This document shows positions 1 through 6,381 of a DNA stretch of 43,866 nt, in pieces. The notes under the pieces were generated by a model. The model was not told the origin of the DNA. It saw nothing but the letters and a program-made list of their open reading frames with translations, and did no database searches. Numbering within the stretch: the stretch's first letter is position 1; every line of letters starts with the position of its first letter. The translations under genes were made by a program, and so were the position numbers. Location: contig CAYIUC010000005.1 in NCBI GenBank assembly GCA_964366535.1, forward strand, positions 1-43,866, in the 5' to 3' direction. Source of the DNA: an uncultured Candidatus Saccharibacteria bacterium (GTDB taxonomy: Bacteria; Patescibacteriota; Minisyncoccia; Phycocordibacterales; UBA10002).

Positions 1-151
1 GGGGGGGGGGGGGGCCCCCCGACAAAAAATGGAAAGGAAATTTTTGGTTTTTGCTCCCGCGACCAAAGGGAGCGGACGAGGCGCGCAGATTCGAGCGTAC
101 GATTCAATTCAGAGCCACCACGCGCTCCGCGCGTGCGACACATCATTTGTT

Positions 152-179
152 TTGGAAATAGGTTCGGACTTGGTACAAT
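152..179 (+). promoter_or_regulatory. candidate sigma70-type promoter of cca
   Basis: TTGGAA at 152-157, a 16-nt spacer, and TACAAT at 174-179 preceded by TGg (extended -10). The ATG lies 15 nt downstream and no Shine-Dalgarno is visible. Confidence 0.4.
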
Positions 180-194
180 AAACACACATCAAAA

Positions 195-1796
195 ATGACA
201 AAAGAAAAAGACACTTTCTGTATTCCCGAGGAAGTCGCCAAAGTCGCAGAAACCATTGAAAAGAAAGGTTTTGAGGCGTATTTGGTAGGTGGGTGTGTGC
301 GCGACTTGCTACTAGAAAGGAAACCTTCCGATTGGGACATTACCACAAACGCTACTCCCGACGAGATACAAAAGCTTTTTGCGGAATCGTTTTATGAAAA
401 TGAGTATGGCACAGTAGGTGTAGTAACTGCATCCGAGGACCCGACGCTCAAGGTAGTCGAGGTTACCCCATACCGTCTTGAAGGGGCGTATTCCGACAAA
501 AGGCGGCCGGATTCGGTGTCTTTCAGTAAAAATCTAGAAGACGACCTTAAACGCCGCGACTTCACTATTAATGCTATCGCACTAAAGATAGAGCCCGTCA
601 ATGCTATAAACGACACTCTCACGGACATTTCTAAAGGACAAGAAATAATTCATAAAGGACAAAATAAAATGTCCGATAATGTCCGTGAGAATTCTAAAAG
701 ACATAACATAAATCATAAAGGACATCTTGTTGACCCATATAAAGGACAGGGTGACTTAAAGAAAACCCTTATAAAATCAGTCGGAAACCCACAAGAGCGA
801 TTTGCGGAGGACGGGTTGCGTCTTTTACGGGCGGTACGCATAGCCGCAGAGCTCGGTTTTACTATTGAAAATGAAACAGCAGACGCAATATTCAAACAAA
901 ATACGATTTTGAAAGAAATAGCTCCAGAGCGAATCCGAGACGAGTTTACAAAGATTCTTATGTCAGACCGTCCAATGGAGGGCATTATGTTGTGTAGCAA
1001 ATTGGGGCTTTTGCAACATTTTCTACCTGAAATTGAGCAATCGTTTCAGGTGAAACAAAACAAAGCGCACTCATTCGGTGTAGGAGAACATCTGCTAAAA
1101 ACCGTTTCGCATGCGGCAAAGAAAGGGTTTTCTTTGGAAATACGCCTCGCTTCCCTCTTGCACGACATATCTAAACCAGAAACGCGACGATGGTCTGAAG
1201 AAAAGAAGGACTGGACCTTCTACGGTCATGATGTTACAGGCGCCAGAACCACAGAAAGAATATTAACTCGCCTAAAGTTTCCCGTGAAACTTACCGAAAA
1301 GGTAGTAAAGTTGGTTCGTTGGCATATGTTCTTCTCGGATACAGAGGTCATAACGCATTCTGCGGTACGCCGACTACTTATGAATGTAGGCAAGGAAAAC
1401 ATATGGGACCTTATGAATGTGCGCGCCTGCGACCGTATAGGCACCGGTAGGCCAAAGGAAAGCCCGTACCGCCTCCGCAAGTACCACTCTCTTATAGAAG
1501 AAGTGATGCATGACCCAATAACGGTTGGCATGTTGAAAATCAAGGGTGGGGAAGTCGTGGAGATTGCAAAAATAAAGCCAAGCCCAAAAATTGGTTTCAT
1601 CCTTCATGCACTCCTTGAGGAGGTTTTGGATGATTCAAATAAGAACACCAAGGAGTATCTCACACAAAGAACCGTTGAATTATCTGCTCTTTCTGACAAA
1701 GAACTAGAGAAATTGGGTAAAAAGGGTAAAGAGAAACGAGTAGAAACGGAGGAGGCAAAGATAAGCGAGATTCGTGGTAAATACTGGGTAAAGTAA
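195..1796 (+). CDS. cca: CCA-adding tRNA nucleotidyltransferase (class II, with HD domain) carrying an in-frame repeat insertion
   Basis: 533-aa ORF. It shows GGCVRDLLL...DWDITT and RRDFTINA nucleotidyltransferase motifs and a C-terminal HD motif (LLHDISKP). About 40 extra residues of KGQ-type heptad repeats lie between RRDFTINA and DPYKGQGDL. Confidence 0.9.
   Translation: MTKEKDTFCIPEEVAKVAETIEKKGFEAYLVGGCVRDLLLERKPSDWDITTNATPDEIQKLFAESFYENEYGTVGVVTASEDPTLKVVEVTPYRLEGAYSDKRRPDSVSFSKNLEDDLKRRDFTINAIALKIEPVNAINDTLTDISKGQEIIHKGQNKMSDNVRENSKRHNINHKGHLVDPYKGQGDLKKTLIKSVGNPQERFAEDGLRLLRAVRIAAELGFTIENETADAIFKQNTILKEIAPERIRDEFTKILMSDRPMEGIMLCSKLGLLQHFLPEIEQSFQVKQNKAHSFGVGEHLLKTVSHAAKKGFSLEIRLASLLHDISKPETRRWSEEKKDWTFYGHDVTGARTTERILTRLKFPVKLTEKVVKLVRWHMFFSDTEVITHSAVRRLLMNVGKENIWDLMNVRACDRIGTGRPKESPYRLRKYHSLIEEVMHDPITVGMLKIKGGEVVEIAKIKPSPKIGFILHALLEEVLDDSNKNTKEYLTQRTVELSALSDKELEKLGKKGKEKRVETEEAKISEIRGKYWVK
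620..750 (+). repeat. tandem ~21-24 bp repeats carrying the TAAAGGACA motif, in frame inside cca
   Basis: Exact TAAAGGACA starts at 632, 653, 716 and 740. A variant TAAAAGACA starts at 694, and inverted TGTCC half-sites are at 670 and 680. The encoded peptides are SKGQEII/HKGQNKM/SDNVREN/SKRHNIN/HKGHLVDP/YKGQGDL. Confidence 0.85.
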
Positions 1797-2077
1797 GGCG
1801 AAGTTACACATGAAACAATAACTCCAGCAATAAAAACCGCCCAGTCATATTGGGCAATCTTCTTGATGCCCGGCGACTAGGCGGTATAGGAGATGGGGAA
1901 ACACAAAAATGGAATCTCAAGAAAAGCATTATCCAATTTTAGAAGTGTTTTTGGGGATATGTTTTCTTAGGAATAGAGCGGTAATGTTTCCCGTGTAACA
2001 TCGGCGCGGAAGGTTAACAACTAAAAAAAATTCTGCGCTAATGTCGAGAAAATGTTGCTGTCAAAGAACGAAAAGTG

Positions 2078-2262
2078 TCTAAAGGACATTATAAAGGACA
2101 TGTCCGTTACGCGTAAAGGACATTGTCCTTTAGAAACTGTGGATAAACTCCATAAATACGCAGAAAGACACACTTCTAATGGACATTCAAGGTTATAAAG
2201 GACAATTCTAAAGGACAGTGTCCTTTAGAATTGTCCTTTATAAATTGGTTGCTGTCCTTTAG
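2078..2262. promoter_or_regulatory. dense array of TAAAGGACA / TGTCCTTTA sites with nested palindromes and a consensus DnaA box
   Basis: Nine exact 9-mers occur: forward at 2080, 2092, 2114, 2196 and 2209; reverse at 2124, 2219, 2232 and 2253. There is a 19-nt palindrome at 2114-2132 and a 51-nt perfect palindrome at 2193-2243. TGTGGATAA at 2138-2146 is the reverse complement of TTATCCACA. Confidence 0.8.
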
Positions 2263-2297
2263 ATTTTGTGTCGTAACTACAAGATACGAGCCGAAGG

Positions 2298-2326
2298 TTG
2301 CAAAGAAAAAGGTTTTGTGCTATACT
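2298..2326 (+). promoter_or_regulatory. promoter of the rpsO-NYN-pnp cluster
   Basis: TTGCAA at 2298-2303, a 17-nt spacer, and TGcTATACT with TATACT at 2321-2326. The ATG lies 10 nt downstream. Confidence 0.6.
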
Positions 2327-2336
2327 TTGACTTACT

Positions 2337-2603
2337 ATGATAACCAAGAGAAAAAAGCAGAATGTAATTAAAGAGGTCGGCATGCACGATAAGGACACAG
2401 GGTCTCCGGAAGTGCAGGTCGGCATTTTGTCGCGCCGCATAGACGAACTTACACAGCACCTGAAAACGCACAAGAAGGATATACACTCGCGCCGAGGATT
2501 GCTCGGTATGGTGGCGGCACGCCAGTCGCATTTGCGTTATCTTCAAAAGAAGTACCCGAAACGCTATACTTCAGTAGTGCGAAAACTAGAACTAAAAAAG
2601 TAA
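2337..2603 (+). CDS. rpsO: 30S ribosomal protein S15
   Basis: 88 aa with the motifs DTGSPEVQVGILS...HLKTHKKDIHSRRGLL...YL typical of uS15. Confidence 0.95.
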   Translation: MITKRKKQNVIKEVGMHDKDTGSPEVQVGILSRRIDELTQHLKTHKKDIHSRRGLLGMVAARQSHLRYLQKKYPKRYTSVVRKLELKK

Positions 2604-3127
2604 TGTCGATTATAAAACACAAAGAACAGCGCGTTGCGGTGTTTATTGACACGCAAAATCTATATCACAGCGCAAAAAACCTGTACCGAGCGAATGTGAA
2701 CTTCGGCCAGGTGGTGAAGGATGCCGTTGCTGGAAGGCAGCTAGTACGCGCTCTCGCGTATGTTATTACTACTGAAAACGGCGAAGAAAAAGGGTTTTTT
2801 GACGCGCTTGCCAAGGTTGGCATTGAAACCAAGACGAAACCATTGCAAATTTTCGGTAGCGGCGCAAAAAAGGCGGACTGGGATGTGGGGTTGGCGATAG
2901 ATGCCGTAAAGATTGCGCCGAAGGTTAATGCCGTAGTATTGCTCTCGGGAGACGGCGATTTTATACCTCTTGTGGAATACCTGCAGACCAACCAAGGATG
3001 CCAAGTAGAGGTGGTGGCGTTTGGTAAATCCACTTCGCAAAAACTTATTGAGGCGGCAGACGACTTTACCGATTTGGATGAAAGCCCCCGCAAATATTTG
3101 CTCGGCAATAGCCGCGGCCGGCGATAG
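2603..3127 (+). CDS. NYN/LabA-like domain protein (predicted ribonuclease fold)
   Basis: 174 aa with motifs VFIDTQNL, DVGLAIDA and LLSGDGDFIPL. The start overlaps the rpsO stop as TAATG. Confidence 0.75.
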   Translation: MSIIKHKEQRVAVFIDTQNLYHSAKNLYRANVNFGQVVKDAVAGRQLVRALAYVITTENGEEKGFFDALAKVGIETKTKPLQIFGSGAKKADWDVGLAIDAVKIAPKVNAVVLLSGDGDFIPLVEYLQTNQGCQVEVVAFGKSTSQKLIEAADDFTDLDESPRKYLLGNSRGRR

Positions 3128-3153
3128 AAATCTTTTGTGCTACACTGTAGTGT

Positions 3154-5001
3154 ATGCAAAAAAGAGAATACTCGGTTGAGGTTGGCGGTAAGAAAATTAT
3201 TGCAGAGTTTAACGACTTGGCGGAGCAGGCAAACGGGAGCGTACTTATGCGCTCTGGAGATACGGCGGTGCTAGTAACCGCCGTGATGTCAAAAGATGAG
3301 GAAGATACGGATTACTTACCGCTTACCGTTGATTACGAGGAGCGGTTTTATGCAGTTGGAAAAATGCTAGGAAGCAGTTTTGTGCGCCGAGAGGGGAAAC
3401 CATCTGATGAGGCCGTTCTCGCGGGGCGCATCGTAGACCGAACCATTCGCCCGCTATTCGACCAACGAATACGCCACGACATACAGGTGGTGGCGCTTGT
3501 CCTAGCGCTTGGAAAGGATGCGTTTCCTGAAACACTCGCGACTATAGGCGCCTCGCTCGCGCTCGGCGCCTCCGACATTCCGTGGGGCGGGCCAGTTTCC
3601 GCAGTGCATATTGCCGAAGGTGCATTATCGCTGGTAGCGTGCGGCACTACAGGGCTTATCAATATGGTAGAAGCCGGCGGAATGGAAATTGAAGAAGCGG
3701 TGCTCGTAGCGTCGCTAGAGCATGCACAGAAAGAAATTGAAGTACTGCACAAGTGGCAAGAAAAAATAATCAAAGAAATAGGAAAGAGTAAACGCGTGAT
3801 CGCTTTCCAGAATCCTCCAGAAGAACTTGCGGAACTTTTCCACAAACACATTGAACCGAAGTTGGGAAATGCCGTGTTTTCAGGAACTCCTGGGCATAAA
3901 ACAATAGACGCTCTTAAGACCGAGTGGCTCACGCTTGCCGCGGAGAAATTCACGGGCGAAACGCGCGCACTCGCGTTTGCAGACGCGCATTTTGAACACG
4001 CGGTAAACAATCTTCTGCATCACGAGGCAATAGAAAACAGCCGGCGTGCCGATGGTAGGGGGGTAGATGAGGTGCGCCCACTCTTCGCGCAGGCGGGCGG
4101 CATATCGCCCGTACTACATGGCTCGGGCGTGTTTTACCGCGGCGGGACGCACATTCTGTCAACGCTCACGCTCGGCGGGCCGAAGGATGCGCAAATTTTA
4201 GACGCGCTACAAACGCACGGACAAAAAAAGCATTTTATGCACCATTACAACTTCCCGCCGTTTGGAACGGGCGAGACGGGAAAACTCGGGGGCAAGAATC
4301 GCCGCATGATAGGCCACGGCGCGCTTGCGGAAAAAGCGCTTATACCGGTACTGCCATCTCCAGAAATATTTCCGTACACAATTCGCGTCGTGTCTGAAGC
4401 CCTTTCTTCCAACGGTTCAACTTCTATGGGCAGCGTATGCGCCTCCTCACTCGCGCTTATGGACGGCGGCGTGCCGATCACGGCTCCAGTAGCCGGTATT
4501 GCATCGGGGCTTATGTTGAGCGCAGCGAAATCCGCCTCTGGCGGAATGGAATACCGCTACAAAATACTCACCGACATTCAAGGACCGGAAGACCACCACG
4601 GCGACATGGACCTAAAGGTAGCCGGGACGCGTAAGGGAGTAACGGCGGTACAGATGGATGTAAAAGTAGACGGCGTACCTAACGGAATACTAGCCGAAGC
4701 GCTTCAAAAGGCGCGCACGGCGCGACACTACATTTTAGACACAATGGAAAAGGTGCTCGGAGCGCCGCGCGCGGATATTGCGCCGTCGGCGCCAAAAATA
4801 CTAGTTGTGCGCGTACGCAAAGAGCAAGTAGGACTTGTGATTGGGAGCGGAGGAAAAACAATAAATGAAATAAAAGCTCGGACGGAAGTGGACGCGATAG
4901 ACATAGAAGACGATGGACGCGTCTTTATTACAGGCAAAAACGGCTCCGCCGAAAAAGCCGCCGCTGTCATCAAACACCTAATAGAGAGCGCCAGGAGGTG
5001 A
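3154..5001 (+). CDS. pnp: polyribonucleotide nucleotidyltransferase (PNPase), short form lacking the C-terminal S1 domain
   Basis: 615 aa with two RNase PH-like cores and a KH GxxG motif (GSGGKTINEI). The protein ends about 40 aa after KH. TACACT at 3141-3146 lies 7 nt upstream of the ATG. Confidence 0.9.
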   Translation: MQKREYSVEVGGKKIIAEFNDLAEQANGSVLMRSGDTAVLVTAVMSKDEEDTDYLPLTVDYEERFYAVGKMLGSSFVRREGKPSDEAVLAGRIVDRTIRPLFDQRIRHDIQVVALVLALGKDAFPETLATIGASLALGASDIPWGGPVSAVHIAEGALSLVACGTTGLINMVEAGGMEIEEAVLVASLEHAQKEIEVLHKWQEKIIKEIGKSKRVIAFQNPPEELAELFHKHIEPKLGNAVFSGTPGHKTIDALKTEWLTLAAEKFTGETRALAFADAHFEHAVNNLLHHEAIENSRRADGRGVDEVRPLFAQAGGISPVLHGSGVFYRGGTHILSTLTLGGPKDAQILDALQTHGQKKHFMHHYNFPPFGTGETGKLGGKNRRMIGHGALAEKALIPVLPSPEIFPYTIRVVSEALSSNGSTSMGSVCASSLALMDGGVPITAPVAGIASGLMLSAAKSASGGMEYRYKILTDIQGPEDHHGDMDLKVAGTRKGVTAVQMDVKVDGVPNGILAEALQKARTARHYILDTMEKVLGAPRADIAPSAPKILVVRVRKEQVGLVIGSGGKTINEIKARTEVDAIDIEDDGRVFITGKNGSAEKAAAVIKHLIESARR

Positions 5002-5043
5002 TAATGCAATTCGCCATATTGTTGAATACGCTATAATAGGCGT

Positions 5044-5982
5044 ATGGAGGATGAAGTAAAAAAAGAAAATGCTCCGAGTGGCGCGCCGCGCGTGCGCACC
5101 TACGAGCGCGATGTAGCGGAGTTTATGGAGCGCGAGGGTGGGACTGCGGCGAAAATTGCGCTTGCGGAGCAAGAGAAAAGAATTGACCGAGAACAAAAAC
5201 CACCCCTCCTTCCAGAGCGCGATTTTTCTTTTCCTGCTCCCTACCCTTCGGGGAGGGCGGGGGGAGGGGTGGTCTCTATTCCATCTCCTTCCGCCGAACG
5301 CCTTCGCGTGTCTGCGCGAGTGCTTGTGTTATGGAGTATCGCACTGGTCTTCCTAGTGGGAGCAACGGGAATAGGATACTGGTATTGGAGCAACCTGCCG
5401 GAAACGGTGGCTGTTCTACCAACCACGCCAAACTCGAGTACGCAAAAAATACTGATTGCCGACGCGGAAAAGCAATTGAACACGGCACAGCTCACTCGCG
5501 ATTCGTTTATCGCCGCTTTCGCGCGCGAGCGAACATCCGCTTTAGCACTCTCTTCATTTACGCTTGTAGTACCTGTGGCGGCGCGCTCTCTCACAACCGC
5601 CGAATTCCTATCGCTTCTCAATGCTGGAGTAGACGGAACATTCGCGCGCGCGCTCGCGCCAGAGTTTGTACTTGGATTGCGCGGACTTCCGCAAAACCGC
5701 GCATTTCTCATTTTTAAAACCAATTATTATCAAACGGCGCTAGCCGGCATGCTACAGTGGGAAGATACGCTATTTAATGATGCTGGTCCGCTGTTTGGGC
5801 AAGCGATTGGAGGTGTGCAATTTGCCGACAAGACCATTAAAAACCGCGATACGCGCATACTTCTTGATTCTTCCGGAAAAACCTTGCTTATATGGGGGTT
5901 TGCAAACAAAGAAACCATTATTATAACAACAGATGAAGATACATTTACCCAAGTTATTGGAAAATTGGTGCAAACGGAGTAA
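5044..5982 (+). CDS. hypothetical single-pass membrane protein
   Basis: 312 aa with one hydrophobic helix (VLVLWSIALVFLVGATGIGYWYW). TATAAT at 5032-5037 lies 6 nt upstream of the ATG. The ORF contains a palindromic-element segment. Confidence 0.6.
   Translation: MEDEVKKENAPSGAPRVRTYERDVAEFMEREGGTAAKIALAEQEKRIDREQKPPLLPERDFSFPAPYPSGRAGGGVVSIPSPSAERLRVSARVLVLWSIALVFLVGATGIGYWYWSNLPETVAVLPTTPNSSTQKILIADAEKQLNTAQLTRDSFIAAFARERTSALALSSFTLVVPVAARSLTTAEFLSLLNAGVDGTFARALAPEFVLGLRGLPQNRAFLIFKTNYYQTALAGMLQWEDTLFNDAGPLFGQAIGGVQFADKTIKNRDTRILLDSSGKTLLIWGFANKETIIITTDEDTFTQVIGKLVQTE
5236..5273. repeat. G/C-rich palindromic element copy inside a CDS
   Basis: GCTCCCTACCCTTCGGGGAGGGCGGGGGGAGGGGTGGT is 34/38 identical to 22154-22191. 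Both are read in the same frame (..GRAGGGVV..). Confidence 0.85.
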
Positions 5983-6005
5983 GTGTATGGTATAATTACG
6001 CAACA

Positions 6006-6365
6006 ATGGACAAAAAGACGATAAAACATTTTGAAGAAAAATTAAATGCGGAATTCGCGGAATTGCGCTCGGAGCTTGAAGGTATCGGGCGCAAAAACCC
6101 CGACAACCCGAAAGATTGGGAGGCGACGCCGGAAAAAATGGACACGCTCGCCTCGGACGAAACAGAAATAGCCGATAGTTTGGAGGCATTTGAGGGAAAT
6201 ACGGCAATTCTGAAACAATTGGAAATCCGCTACAACGAAGTCAAAGCGGCGCTCGCGCGCGTAAAGGCGGGCTCGTACGGGCTGTGCGAAAAGGGTGGGG
6301 AAGTGATAGAGAGGGACCGCCTTGATGCAAACCCTGCAGCAACGACTTGCAAAAAACACCTATAG
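6006..6365 (+). CDS. DksA/TraR-family-like protein with a degenerate C-terminal zinc finger
   Basis: 119 aa with a coiled-coil N-terminus and a C-terminal YGLCEKGGEVI...RLDANPAATTCKKH layout. The usual CxxC pairs read CxxG and CxxH. TATAAT at 5991-5996 lies 9 nt upstream. Confidence 0.55.
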   Translation: MDKKTIKHFEEKLNAEFAELRSELEGIGRKNPDNPKDWEATPEKMDTLASDETEIADSLEAFEGNTAILKQLEIRYNEVKAALARVKAGSYGLCEKGGEVIERDRLDANPAATTCKKHL

Positions 6366-6381
6366 CGATACGCTATTTTTT

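Noticed and set aside
1-20. G14 followed by C6 at the very start of the window
   Set aside because: A homopolymer run at a sequence end is most simply a contig-end, sequencing or assembly artefact. There is no biological context to support a feature.
22-140. A structured-looking G/C-rich stretch (GCTCCCgcgaccaaaGGGAGC hairpin, ...GAGCCACCA) that might be a tRNA, a tmRNA 3' end or another ncRNA
   Set aside because: I could not fold a cloverleaf on either strand. No acceptor stem is complementary to the segment preceding either CCA, and there is no T-loop GTTCRA motif. It may be the 3' part of an RNA cut by the contig end, but this cannot be supported from the window.
1797-2077. Possible small ORFs or an ncRNA in the first half of the cca-rpsO gap, for example a 25-codon ORF starting at ATGGGGAAACAC
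   Set aside because: There is no convincing start context, no recognisable family and no conserved structure visible by eye. It is left unannotated pending RNA-seq or Rfam search.
3348-4010. Long antisense or alternative-frame ORFs overlapping real genes, for example 3348-4010, 6360-7106, 20761-21360, 22078-22671, 24516-25070, 28557-29159 and 36430-37011
   Set aside because: These are shadow ORFs typical of GC-rich coding regions. Their products are Ser/Arg/Ala/Pro-rich and low in complexity, and each is fully contained in a gene with clear family motifs on the other strand or frame.
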